In this document: positions 1 through 8,712 of the stretch, one piece after another
Numbering within the stretch: the stretch's first letter is position 1
How the letters are laid out: the number at the start of each line of letters is the position of its first letter
Origin: Synergistes sp.
Lineage (GTDB): Bacteria > Synergistota > Synergistia > Synergistales > Synergistaceae
Direction: 5' to 3'
DNA length: 43,949 nt
Assembly: GCA_030531745.1 (NCBI GenBank)
Contig: JAUNMU010000002.1
Location: 1-43,949, forward strand
Notes under the pieces: generated by a model
Seen by the model: the letters and a program-made list of their open reading frames with translations, nothing else
The model's database searches: none
What the model was told of the DNA's origin: nothing
Translations under genes and position numbers: made by a program

Positions 1-22
1 CTCCAACGTATGGATATACGCC

Positions 23-76
23 TGATGAACAAACTAAGTTCCGCTACGCAAATCAAAGATTTGCTGCGTCACTTAT
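23..76 (+). repeat. B1 hairpin module (GATGAACAAACTAAG ... CTTA) sitting at a position that is a single T in copy R2
   Basis: Starts with the same 16-mer TGATGAACAAACTAAG as 118-133. Closing stem is TAAGT 35-39 / ACTTA 71-75. Inner stem is GCAAATC 48-54 / GATTTGC 58-64. Confidence 0.6.
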
Positions 77-117
77 CCGCCCCAGTCGTGGACTGCCTGT
101 TTAGCATCCGGCACATC

Positions 118-178
118 TGATGAACAAACTAAGCGACTCACACAAATCGGAAAATCGCCGATTTGGTTCGCTGCTTAT
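118..178 (+). repeat. B2 hairpin module (GATGAACAAACTAAG ... CTTA), second insert-like unit
   Basis: Closing stem TAAGC 130-134 / GCTTA 173-177. Inner 8-bp stem CAAATCGG 143-150 / CCGATTTG 158-165 with loop AAAATCG. A homologous unit lies at 43886-43943 on the minus strand. Confidence 0.6.
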
Positions 179-311
179 AATCAGCGGAAGCCGCTTTTGC
201 GTTTATCTGCCAAAAACAAATTAAACAGCGTTTTCTCAATTATACCATTTTAGGCCGTTATTATCCGTATATTTTTAAGCAATTCAATATATACCTGTAA
301 ATGGAAATTTT

Positions 312-320
312 TGTTATAAT
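312..320 (+). promoter_or_regulatory. Extended -10 promoter element (TGtTATAAT) upstream of rapZ
   Basis: TGTTATAAT lies 33 nt upstream of the rapZ ATG. There is no convincing -35 hexamer. Confidence 0.4.
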
Positions 321-352
321 ACTTGTGTAGTTCGTGGAGGTGAGTGTAGGGT

Positions 353-1228
353 ATGTCGAATACGGAGATACGGTGCGTAGTTATAACAGGACTGTCTGGG
401 AGTGGAAAAACTTCCGCGCTCAATGTCTTGGAGGATATGGGGTATTATGCGGCGAACAACGTGCCTATGGAGATCGTGCCTGAACTCATCACGCTTCTCA
501 TAAATAAGACGCCTTCATGTGATAAGATAGCGGTGGTAGGAAATTTGCATGAAGAAAGCGATGTTAGTGTATTTTTCAGTGTGTTGGATAAAATAAAATC
601 AAACGGCATAAAACTAAAAACGCTTTTTATGAATGCCTCTGATGAAACTATTCTGAGACGCTACGAAACATCAAGACGCAGACATTATTTTGCAAATGGT
701 GTTGCGCTGCTTCAAGCGATAGCTGCAGAGCGCAATGTGCTGAAAGTAGTGAAAGAAAAGTGCGATGCAGAGATAATGACCGATGATATAAGTTTAACCG
801 GTTTAAGGGCTCTTATTACGGAAAATCTGATGCTTGAAGAAACAACGTCGTCAATAGTTGTCAGTTCTTTCGGATTTAAGTATGGTATACCGTCCGATGC
901 GGATTATGTCTTTGATGTGCGTTTTCTTCCGAATCCGAATTATATACCCGAACTGCACGACCTTTCGGGCAAGGATCTTCCCGTTCGTACTTACATGGAG
1001 TCTTTTTCTTCTCTCAGTGATTTCCGTGACAGGCTCATACCTCTTGTGAAGTATATATCATCTGTTTATTCGCAGACGGCTAAGAGACAGATGCACATAG
1101 CGTTCGGCTGTACGGGCGGAAGGCATCGTTCTGTCATGCTTGCGGAAACGGTAGGCAAGATGCTCGCCAAATCGGGCTGCTCCGTTTCAATTATACACAG
1201 AGATATAGACAGGGGAGTATCCGATTGA
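353..1228 (+). CDS. rapZ: RNase adapter protein RapZ (YvcJ-type P-loop NTPase)
   Basis: N-terminal P-loop GLSGSGKTS and C-terminal GCTGGRHRSV motif. SD GGAGGTGA lies upstream. It is followed by yvcK and whiA, the conserved arrangement. Confidence 0.92.
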   Translation: MSNTEIRCVVITGLSGSGKTSALNVLEDMGYYAANNVPMEIVPELITLLINKTPSCDKIAVVGNLHEESDVSVFFSVLDKIKSNGIKLKTLFMNASDETILRRYETSRRRHYFANGVALLQAIAAERNVLKVVKEKCDAEIMTDDISLTGLRALITENLMLEETTSSIVVSSFGFKYGIPSDADYVFDVRFLPNPNYIPELHDLSGKDLPVRTYMESFSSLSDFRDRLIPLVKYISSVYSQTAKRQMHIAFGCTGGRHRSVMLAETVGKMLAKSGCSVSIIHRDIDRGVSD

Positions 1229-2349
1229 CTGCGGTGAATATTTTCCTGTCTATCATAGTGTTTGCTTTAGGAGTCTCCGTCTCTGCGTTTGTGCTGAAAC
1301 GTTCCGGCAGAACTCGTTCCGCAAAGAGACACGGCAAGATGGTGGCCAATGCGGTGAAACATAGGCTTTCCGAAGGTTCAAAGATCGTTGCCATAGGCGG
1401 CGGCACGGGGCTTTCCACGTTGCTCCGCGGTCTTAAGTGTTTTACAAAAAATATAACAGCGGTTGTCGCTGTAACAGACGAGGGCGGAAGCTCAGGACGG
1501 CTGCGTGAAGAGTGGGGGATGTTGCCCCCTGGTGATATACGCAACTGCATTGTTGCTCTTGCCGAAAACGACAGCTCTCTGAGCAGTCTCCTTAACTATC
1601 GCTTTGATAAGGGGCAGCTTTGCGGACACAGTTTGGGAAATATAATTATTCTTGCAGCTACGGAACTTATGGGGGATTTTCAGCGTGCTGTTGAGGAGCT
1701 CAACAATATGCTTGCGATAAGAGGAAGGGTATTGCCTGTTACGACGGAAAATGTAAAGCTTTACGGAGAAACGAACGATGGCAAGTCAATATCGGGAGAA
1801 CTGGAGATTTCCGAAAACGGCAGAATTCTTTCTAAATTATGGATTGAACCGGCAGACGCATCTACGCTTCCGGCGGTGTGCAAGAGCATTGACGATGCCG
1901 ATGTTATAACCATGGGGCCAGGAAGCCTCTTTACAAGTGTTATGCCAAATCTGTTGCTGAAAGATATTGCAAAAAAATTAAATGAAACTAAGATTCCAAT
2001 CATTTATATTGCAAACCTTATGACACAACCGAAAGAGACCGAAGGAATGAACATAGTTGCCCATGTAGATTGGCTTGCGGGAGTTATCGGTCGTGTTCCG
2101 GATTATATTTTTGTAAATCAGTCAAAAATACCTGATGATCTTGTCAAAAGGTATAGCAAAATAGGCGCAGAGCCGTTATACTTGTCTGCGAGGGAGGAGA
2201 AATATCTGACCTCATTGGGAACAAAGATTGTGTTTGGAGATTTTTGTGAAATTAAGGATAACAAATATTTAAGGCATGATGCGTTGCATATTTCAGAGAA
2301 GATAATTGAAATAGCAAAGGGAAACAGCAGACTTTATGAGAAGTCTTAA
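1225..2349 (+). CDS. yvcK: YvcK / gluconeogenesis factor (CofD-like, UPF0052)
   Basis: GGGTGLSTLLRGLK motif. TTG start overlaps the rapZ stop, with AGGGGAG 7 nt upstream. N-terminal TM segment present. Confidence 0.9.
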   Translation: MTAVNIFLSIIVFALGVSVSAFVLKRSGRTRSAKRHGKMVANAVKHRLSEGSKIVAIGGGTGLSTLLRGLKCFTKNITAVVAVTDEGGSSGRLREEWGMLPPGDIRNCIVALAENDSSLSSLLNYRFDKGQLCGHSLGNIIILAATELMGDFQRAVEELNNMLAIRGRVLPVTTENVKLYGETNDGKSISGELEISENGRILSKLWIEPADASTLPAVCKSIDDADVITMGPGSLFTSVMPNLLLKDIAKKLNETKIPIIYIANLMTQPKETEGMNIVAHVDWLAGVIGRVPDYIFVNQSKIPDDLVKRYSKIGAEPLYLSAREEKYLTSLGTKIVFGDFCEIKDNKYLRHDALHISEKIIEIAKGNSRLYEKS

Positions 2350-3247
2350 TCATACGATTTGGGATGAATGGAGTGCCGCCGGAGTTGACGAAGAACTTGT
2401 CATTGATGAGATATCCGGAATAATAAGCGGTTTAGCGTACAGTCCGGTCGGCGATAGGTGTGTGTTTACTTTGCCGCGCCTTTTTGTCCTTAGGCGTTTG
2501 ATGCGCATTTGGGGAAGATACAAATGGAAAGACGGGGACGGCGCAATAAGGGTCATCGGCTCGTATCAGAGAGGCGGAGTTAAGTTTTCAATAAGCAGGG
2601 ATGATGTAAGCGAGATTTTTCAAAGAACAGATACAATGGCCAAACGCACAAGGAATTGGAATTGGGTTCGCGGTATATTTGGCAGCTGCGGGGCTATATA
2701 TCTTCCAAAGACAGGTTACTATTTAGCGGTGCGTTTGCCGATTACCGGAAGACATGTTGATCGTGTTCAGGCAATTTTGAGATCATGTGGTTTTGCTTTG
2801 GGGGTAAGAAAGAAAATATCATTAAAGGAGCTGATATTAAGAGATCAACAGGATATAGTCACGTTTCTGTCCAGAATAGGTCTTGTTAATACAGCACTGG
2901 AACTTGAAAATATGGCGATCTACCGTTCAATGCGCAATCATGCAAATAAGCTTGTAAACTGCGACACGGCGAATATTAACAAGACGTTGCAGGCTGCAAA
3001 AGAACAGATGGCCATTATCAGGCAAATTGAAGACAGCGGTATCATAGACGAGCTTTCCGAGCCGCTTGCGGAACTGGTGGCGGCAAGAAAGAAAAATCCG
3101 AGCATTACATTGAAAGAGTTAGGTCAGACTTTACCAAAGCCTGTAAGTAAAAGTACAGTTGAATACAGATGGCGTAAGCTTGAAACTATACTAAGTGACA
3201 AATTAAAGGGAGATGAAGCCAATGTACTTAGGAAAAGCAGATGTTAA
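2336..3247 (+). CDS. whiA: DNA-binding protein WhiA
   Basis: Third gene of the rapZ-yvcK-whiA trio. LAGLIDADG-like RGIFGSCGAIYLPKTGYYL segment and a C-terminal HTH-like tail (ITLKELGQTLPKPVSKSTVEYRWRKL). Confidence 0.85.
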   Translation: MRSLNHTIWDEWSAAGVDEELVIDEISGIISGLAYSPVGDRCVFTLPRLFVLRRLMRIWGRYKWKDGDGAIRVIGSYQRGGVKFSISRDDVSEIFQRTDTMAKRTRNWNWVRGIFGSCGAIYLPKTGYYLAVRLPITGRHVDRVQAILRSCGFALGVRKKISLKELILRDQQDIVTFLSRIGLVNTALELENMAIYRSMRNHANKLVNCDTANINKTLQAAKEQMAIIRQIEDSGIIDELSEPLAELVAARKKNPSITLKELGQTLPKPVSKSTVEYRWRKLETILSDKLKGDEANVLRKSRC

Positions 3248-5195
3248 TACCTATGACAAAGGTGCCGGAAGGGAGTTTCTTGTATCCAACGGGCGCGGGA
3301 GTTACGGTTTTTCAACGGTCATAGGCGCGAACTCAAGAAGAGAGCACGGGCTTCTTGTTGTAAGGCATGAGAATGAACTTGAACATTCTGTGCTTGTAAG
3401 CAAAATTGAAGAAGTGATCTATCACAGCAGTAAGAAATATCAGCTGTCAACAAACCGTTACAAGGATATTGTATATCCTGACGGTTACAGATATTTACAG
3501 GAATATCAGGGAAATCCTTTCCCAAGTATGCTCTTTGTAATTCACAGCATCCTTCTTAAAAAGTCAATATTTATGCCTCAGGGAGCAGGATGTACGATAG
3601 TGAAGTACGAGTTGCTTGCGGCACCGGAGAAGATACGTCTTGATATCCGTCCGCTCTTCGCGCACAGACATGTCAGTGTAGTGTGTGCGGAAACAGGCAA
3701 AGATAATTTTTCTGTCTCCTCCGCATCGGAAAGAACGATAGGTATAACGGGAAGAGGAATGTCAAGTGCGTGCGAAGCAACGGCGGGCAACTGGTCACTA
3801 AAGCCTCTGTGGTTTGAAAACATTGTCTATGAGCAGGATGACTGTGCCGAAACACCGGAAAGCGACAGCCTTTGGTCACCCGGTATCCTTTCGGTTGATA
3901 TGTCGGAGGGGGAGTCTGTTTATGTCATTCTCTCCGAAAAACCGTCTTCTTTTACAACAGGACAGCTTGCTGAAATGGAGGCAGAGGCTGCCAAGAGATT
4001 TGAGGATATTCTTGAAAAAGCCAACATTTCTGCACTTAACAGCGCAGAACAGGATATGATAGCATCATCGTATCATCTTGTTGATACCGGCACCGAAGAT
4101 AAATCTCCCATATACACAGGATATCCTTCGGTATCCGCCAAGGCGCGAGAAACATTTATCTCGCTTCCCGGACTTTTACTTGCGACCGGAAGAGAGGAAA
4201 CTGCGGAAAAGACGCTTTTGTATTGGTGCAATGTAGCTGAACACAATGATTGGGTCGTTCCAGGTGCCTTATTCCCCGATGGTAAATCTCAGTTCGGATA
4301 TGCGGACGATGGACTTTGGTTGGTATATGCGATTGATAAATACCTTACGCACTGCAATGATACAAAAAATAAGGAAAAATTTGCTGACTGCGCACTGCAT
4401 ATCGTAAACAAGTATCTTTCGGGCATTGAACAGCTTGATCTTGTCTGCGATGCAAATATGCTTCTGCGCGTGACAGGTGATAATTCATGCCGTTATTGGA
4501 TGGGGGAGTCCGTTGACGGAGAAGTCGTTGTTAAACGCAAAGGCTATCTCGTTGATGTGAACTCTCTTTGGTACAACGCACTCAAAGTCGCGGCCAAATA
4601 TGTGCTTGAATGCGGCAAATCGGAAGATGCGGATAAACTTGAGGCTGCGGCTGCAAAGTGTTCAAAGAGTTTTGGTGAAGTATTCCGCAGCTTTGATATG
4701 AGAGGGCTTTACGATTTTGTAGATCCAAACACATTCAAAGGTGAGTATGCTATAAGACCCAACCAGATACTTGCCGCTGCCCTTCCGTTCAGTCCATTGT
4801 CTGACGAAGATGCTCAGTCGGTCGTTCGCCTCTGCTGGAACGAACTTTACACAACGTACGGATTGCGTACGCTTGACCCGCACCACGAGAAATTCAAAGG
4901 GCGTTCGGAGGGAAGGCCGGATCAGCGCATTAAGGCACGCTACCGCGGAATGGCATGGACGTGGCTTCTCGGCCAGTTCATAACGGCATACATAAAATAT
5001 AATCCCACACGCAAGGATATTGGCTGGACGTTTATACGCCCATTCAACTCACATCTGCGCCACGGCTGCCTCGGAGGCATAGCGGAACTCTTTGACGGCA
5101 TTATGCCCTATCGCCCCAACGGAGATGTGCTCAGCGCCATATCTCTTGGAGAAATGCTGCGCGTCCTTTATGAGGACTTGGAGGAAGAGTGCTAA
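3222..5195 (+). CDS. Glycogen debranching enzyme family protein (amylo-alpha-1,6-glucosidase, GDE_N_bis + GDE_C)
   Basis: N-terminal SNGRGSYGFSTVIGANSRREHGLLV matches the bacterial/archaeal GDE N-domain, followed by a long (alpha/alpha)6-type C-domain. The ATG at 3213 abuts the SD AAAGGGAG, so ATG 3222 (9-nt spacing) is preferred. Confidence 0.82.
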   Translation: MYLGKADVNTYDKGAGREFLVSNGRGSYGFSTVIGANSRREHGLLVVRHENELEHSVLVSKIEEVIYHSSKKYQLSTNRYKDIVYPDGYRYLQEYQGNPFPSMLFVIHSILLKKSIFMPQGAGCTIVKYELLAAPEKIRLDIRPLFAHRHVSVVCAETGKDNFSVSSASERTIGITGRGMSSACEATAGNWSLKPLWFENIVYEQDDCAETPESDSLWSPGILSVDMSEGESVYVILSEKPSSFTTGQLAEMEAEAAKRFEDILEKANISALNSAEQDMIASSYHLVDTGTEDKSPIYTGYPSVSAKARETFISLPGLLLATGREETAEKTLLYWCNVAEHNDWVVPGALFPDGKSQFGYADDGLWLVYAIDKYLTHCNDTKNKEKFADCALHIVNKYLSGIEQLDLVCDANMLLRVTGDNSCRYWMGESVDGEVVVKRKGYLVDVNSLWYNALKVAAKYVLECGKSEDADKLEAAAAKCSKSFGEVFRSFDMRGLYDFVDPNTFKGEYAIRPNQILAAALPFSPLSDEDAQSVVRLCWNELYTTYGLRTLDPHHEKFKGRSEGRPDQRIKARYRGMAWTWLLGQFITAYIKYNPTRKDIGWTFIRPFNSHLRHGCLGGIAELFDGIMPYRPNGDVLSAISLGEMLRVLYEDLEEEC

Positions 5196-5207
5196 TTTCT
5201 TGTAGGA

Positions 5208-5236
5208 TTGACATATAACGGAACAAGTATAAGAAT
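5208..5236 (+). promoter_or_regulatory. Candidate sigma70-type promoter for gap-pgk (TTGACA-N16/17-TAAGAAT)
   Basis: TTGACA at 5208-5213 and TAAGAAT at 5230-5236, about 70 nt upstream of the gap ATG. Confidence 0.4.
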
Positions 5237-5304
5237 AAGGGGGGAAATGTAAAATTTTTCTCTCTTACAATAATTGTTATATAAATACTGAGGAGGAACT
5301 TTTT

Positions 5305-6324
5305 ATGGCAAAGTACAAAGTTGCAATCAACGGTTTTGGACGTATCGGACGCCTTTCGCTTCGTGCGTTTTTCACGAACGGCAAGGATAATGAGTTTGAG
5401 ATAGTGGCTATCAATGATTTGACACCGCCGTCATCACTGGCTTATCTGCTCAAATACGACTCTGTTTTCCGCCGTTTCCCCGGAACGGTTGAAGTTGACG
5501 GAGATTTCCTTGTCGTAAACGGTCAGCGCATAAAGGCACTTGCAGAACCCGATCCCGCGAAGTTGCCGTGGAAAGAAATGGGCGTTGATATCGTTATAGA
5601 ATCAACAGGCCGTTACACAGATGCCAACGCAGCAAAGGCACATATTGAAGCAGGAGCAAAGAAAGTTATCATTTCTGCGCCTGCAAAGAATCATGATGTA
5701 ACGATCGTAATGGGTGTCAACGAAAATACTTACGATCCGAAGAAGCACCACATCATTTCAAACGCTTCATGCACAACGAACTGCCTTGCACCGGTGTGCA
5801 AAGTTTTGCAGGACAAGTTCGGAATCGTTGAAGGGCTTATGAACACAGTTCACGCTTACACCAACGACCAGAAAACACTTGATTTTCCGCACAAAAATCT
5901 TTCACGCGGAAGAGCAGCGGCACTTTCAATCATTCCGACAACAACAGGTGCAGCAAAGGCAATTTCCGAAGTCATGCCGGAACTGAAAGGCAAACTGAAC
6001 GGTTTTGCGCTTCGTATTCCAACGCCTGATGTTTCCGTAGTTGACCTTACAGTCGTCCTTGAAAAAGGCACAACGGTTGACGAACTTAACGCAGCAATGA
6101 AAGAAGCCGCCGAAAACGAGCTTAAGGGCGTCCTTGAGTATGAGCCTGAAGATCTCGTATCAATGGATTTTGTCGGCAATACAAACTCATCAATATTCGC
6201 ACCGAGACACACTCTTGCGATGGGTGACAAAATGTTCAAAATCCTCTCATGGTACGACAATGAGTGCGGATACAGCAACAGAGTTATAGATCTTGCAAAC
6301 TTTATACTGAAAAAAGGTCTGTAG
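5305..6324 (+). CDS. gap: Glyceraldehyde-3-phosphate dehydrogenase, type I
   Basis: NGFGRIGR dinucleotide fold and catalytic [21 protein letters not shown] lies upstream. Confidence 0.97.
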   Translation: MAKYKVAINGFGRIGRLSLRAFFTNGKDNEFEIVAINDLTPPSSLAYLLKYDSVFRRFPGTVEVDGDFLVVNGQRIKALAEPDPAKLPWKEMGVDIVIESTGRYTDANAAKAHIEAGAKKVIISAPAKNHDVTIVMGVNENTYDPKKHHIISNASCTTNCLAPVCKVLQDKFGIVEGLMNTVHAYTNDQKTLDFPHKNLSRGRAAALSIIPTTTGAAKAISEVMPELKGKLNGFALRIPTPDVSVVDLTVVLEKGTTVDELNAAMKEAAENELKGVLEYEPEDLVSMDFVGNTNSSIFAPRHTLAMGDKMFKILSWYDNECGYSNRVIDLANFILKKGL

Positions 6325-6327
6325 CTT

Positions 6328-7524
6328 ATGCAGCTTAAAACATTTTCGCAGTCGGATATTGCCGGCAAAAAAGTAGTTGTAAGGGTTGACTTCAATGTTC
6401 CTCTTGCAGACGGTAAAGTCAGCGATGACACACGTATCTTGGCGCATATCCCCACGATCACCGCGTTGCTTGACGCAGGTGCCGATGTGGCGTTGATTTC
6501 ACACCTCGGCAGACCGAAGGGCGAACGCAATATGAAGTATTCGCTTGAGCCGGTTTGCGCAAGGCTTGCGGAACTGACGGGATGGAACGTGAAATTTGTG
6601 CCGGATTGCATCGGCAAAAAAGTCTCGGATGCGGTTACGGAATGGAAGAAAGGCGAAATTCTTCTTTTGGAAAATCTTCGCTTTTATTCTGAGGAAGAAA
6701 AAAACGACAAAGAATTTGCAAAAGCCCTTGCGGCTGACTTTGATGCCTTTGTGATGGATGCTTTCAGTGCGTCACACAGAGCACACGCCTCAACACGCGC
6801 AATTACCGAATTCGTGCCGTCATATTCCGGTATGCTCATTAACCGCGAAATAACCATGCTTTCAGCAGCAAGAGATAATCCGAAAAAGCCCTTTGTGCTT
6901 ATCCTTGGCGGAGCGAAAGTCTCTGACAAGATTGCCGTAGTTGAAAATATGCTTCGCAAGGTTGACACGATTCTTGTAGGCGGCGGCATGGCATTTACCT
7001 TCCTGAAGGCACTCGGTAAAGAGATAGGCAAATCTCTCTGTGAGGAACAGAAACTTGACTTTGCAGCGAAAATGCTTGAAGAAGCAAAACAATTCGGAGT
7101 CAAGATCGTGCTTCCGATAGATGTTGTTACCGCAAAAGAGTTTAAGGCTGATTCTCCGGCACACGTTACAGACGCAGATTCAATACCTGCGGATGAGATG
7201 GGGTTGGACATTGGTCCTGCAACGGCAAAACTCTTCGCGGATGAAATTGCAGCCGCTAAGACCGTTATATGGAATGGTCCCATGGGTGTTTTTGAAATGC
7301 CTTCATTTGCAAAAGGCACTGAGGAAGTTGCAAAAGCACTCGTTTCGGCGACACGCAACGGTACATTGACAGTTGTCGGTGGGGGAGACTCAGCTGCCGC
7401 AATAACACAATTCAATATGCAGGATAAAGTTTCGCATGTATCAACGGGAGGCGGGGCAAGCCTTGAGTTCTTTGAGGGCAAGTTGCTTCCGGGAATTGAA
7501 CCGTTCATATTAGGGAACCACTGA
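6328..7524 (+). CDS. pgk: Phosphoglycerate kinase
   Basis: RVDFNVP N-terminal motif and full-length PGK-like sequence. Starts 3 nt after gap. Confidence 0.97.
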   Translation: MQLKTFSQSDIAGKKVVVRVDFNVPLADGKVSDDTRILAHIPTITALLDAGADVALISHLGRPKGERNMKYSLEPVCARLAELTGWNVKFVPDCIGKKVSDAVTEWKKGEILLLENLRFYSEEEKNDKEFAKALAADFDAFVMDAFSASHRAHASTRAITEFVPSYSGMLINREITMLSAARDNPKKPFVLILGGAKVSDKIAVVENMLRKVDTILVGGGMAFTFLKALGKEIGKSLCEEQKLDFAAKMLEEAKQFGVKIVLPIDVVTAKEFKADSPAHVTDADSIPADEMGLDIGPATAKLFADEIAAAKTVIWNGPMGVFEMPSFAKGTEEVAKALVSATRNGTLTVVGGGDSAAAITQFNMQDKVSHVSTGGGASLEFFEGKLLPGIEPFILGNH

Positions 7525-7530
7525 TTATAT

Positions 7531-7685
7531 GCACCATCCGCGTCACAGTCAGACCGCGCCTGTGGCTCCAACGTATTGATATACGCCTCCGCCCCAGTCG
7601 CGGTCTGACTGTTTAGCGGCTGGCACATCTAATCAGCGGAAGCCGCTACCGTGTTTATCTGCCCCAAACGCATTAGTCAGCGTTC
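7531..7685 (+). repeat. Composite intergenic repeat, copy R2: about 90-nt imperfect palindrome (7534-7623) followed by the D module (7631-7685)
   Basis: 14-bp perfect stem 7545-7558 / 7599-7612 (ACAGTCAGACCGCG / CGCGGTCTGACTGT), extended imperfectly on both sides. The 24-nt loop 7567-7590 equals module A of R1. Confidence 0.85.
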
Positions 7686-7711
7686 CTTAGATTAACCTGA
7701 ATAAATATCTT

Positions 7712-7742
7712 AGGGCGGAATAATTTCCGCCCTTATATTTTA
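7712..7742 (+). terminator. Rho-independent terminator after pgk
   Basis: AGGGCGGAA / TTCCGCCCT 9-bp stem with TAAT loop, followed by TATATTTTA. Confidence 0.75.
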
Positions 7743-7747
7743 TGACC

Positions 7748-7753
7748 TATAAT
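7748..7753 (+). promoter_or_regulatory. Candidate -10 box (TATAAT) for tpiA
   Basis: TATAAT lies 30 nt upstream of the tpiA ATG. The -35 position falls in the terminator stem (TTCCGC) and is weak. Confidence 0.35.
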
Positions 7754-7782
7754 ATCAATAACATTATATAGGAGATATCGTG

Positions 7783-8568
7783 ATGAGAAAGAAATTTATA
7801 GCCGGAAATTGGAAAATGTATAAATCACCCAAAGAGACGAAGGAATTTTTTGCAGCATTTGCAAAAGAGATGGACGCCTCAGAGAGTGTAAAAAAAGCCA
7901 TAGCAGACGGGGTTGAAGACGTAGCATTTTTTGTTCCTTCAATATCTCTGACAACAGCGATTGAAGCCGCTGAAAATATGCCTCTTATCATAGGTGCGGA
8001 AAACGCTCACTGGGAAAAATGCGGTGCATTTACGGGTGAAATTTCAGTACCGATGGTAGCAGAAGTCAAAGCGTCACACGTTCTTATCGGACACAGCGAA
8101 AGACGCCATATATTCCACGAAACAAACGAAGAGACAAATAAAAAAATGCATGCCGTAACAGACGGAGGGCTCAGAGCCGTTTTGTGTGTAGGAGAGACAC
8201 TTGAAGAGCGCGAAAGCGGAAAAGCTCACGATGTAATAAAAGGACAATTCCTTGATGGTCTGAAAAATTTTGATGCACATACAACAGCGGAAAAAGTCAT
8301 AATAGCATACGAGCCGGTCTGGGCAATAGGCACAGGCAAAACGGCAAGTGCCCAAGACGCCGAAGAAATTTGTAAATTCATACGCGACCTTGCATCAGAT
8401 ACATTCGGCACAGAGTGCGCCGAAAAATTGCTCATTCTGTACGGCGGAAGCGTAAAACCGGAAAATACAGCTTCAATTATGTCGGAAGCCGACATTGACG
8501 GAGTACTTGTTGGCGGCGCGTCACTTAAAGCTGAAAGCTTCATTAAGATCGCTGAAAACGCACTGTAA
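7783..8568 (+). CDS. tpiA: Triosephosphate isomerase
   Basis: AGNWKM, IGHSERR and AYEPVWAIGTG motifs. GGAG lies 8 nt before ATG 7783; an in-frame GTG at 7780 is an alternative start. Confidence 0.97.
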   Translation: MRKKFIAGNWKMYKSPKETKEFFAAFAKEMDASESVKKAIADGVEDVAFFVPSISLTTAIEAAENMPLIIGAENAHWEKCGAFTGEISVPMVAEVKASHVLIGHSERRHIFHETNEETNKKMHAVTDGGLRAVLCVGETLEERESGKAHDVIKGQFLDGLKNFDAHTTAEKVIIAYEPVWAIGTGKTASAQDAEEICKFIRDLASDTFGTECAEKLLILYGGSVKPENTASIMSEADIDGVLVGGASLKAESFIKIAENAL

Positions 8569-8585
8569 AAATACACCGGAATAAC

Positions 8586-8648
8586 AAAAATAAGAGCGGC
8601 TTTTTGCTGATAGATAACTCATTTCGCAAAAAAGCCACTCTTATTTTT
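8586..8648. terminator. Bidirectional Rho-independent terminator between tpiA (+) and the HIT gene (-)
   Basis: About 22-bp stem AAAAATAAGAGCGGCTTTTTGC / GCAAAAAAGCCACTCTTATTTTT with one mismatch. A/T tracts lie on both sides. Confidence 0.8.
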
Positions 8649-8712
8649 ATATACGCATTATAACATAAGATAAATTATAGGACATTGCATAACAACTCGT
8701 TATGAGGTCTGC

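Larger units (their letters stand above)
1..235 (+). repeat. Composite intergenic repeat, copy R1 (left part cut by window edge). Modules: A 1-22, B1 23-76, C 77-117, B2 118-178, D 179-235
   Basis: Direct alignment by eye. A and C match 7567-7629 (1 mismatch in A, 6/41 in C). B2 plus D match the reverse complement of 43830-43943. D (AATCAGCGGAAGCCGCT..GTTTATCTGCCAAAAAC.AATTAA.CAGCG) recurs in all five copies. Confidence 0.85.

Noticed and set aside
23-134. Possible CRISPR-like array, because TGATGAACAAACTAAG occurs twice 95 nt apart
   Set aside because: There are only two copies, the units differ in length, they are embedded in a larger dispersed repeat, and no cas genes are present. The third copy, at the other end of the window, is inverted.
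161-176. tRNA-like GGTTCG segment within the repeat
   Set aside because: There is no cloverleaf, acceptor stem or anticodon arm around it. It is part of the closing stem of module B.
5856-7628. Long minus-strand ORFs (253 aa and 314 aa) opposite gap and pgk
   Set aside because: They lie entirely antisense to genes with unmistakable GAPDH and PGK motifs. They are low-complexity, Ser/Ala-rich translations with no SD, which is typical of shadow ORFs.
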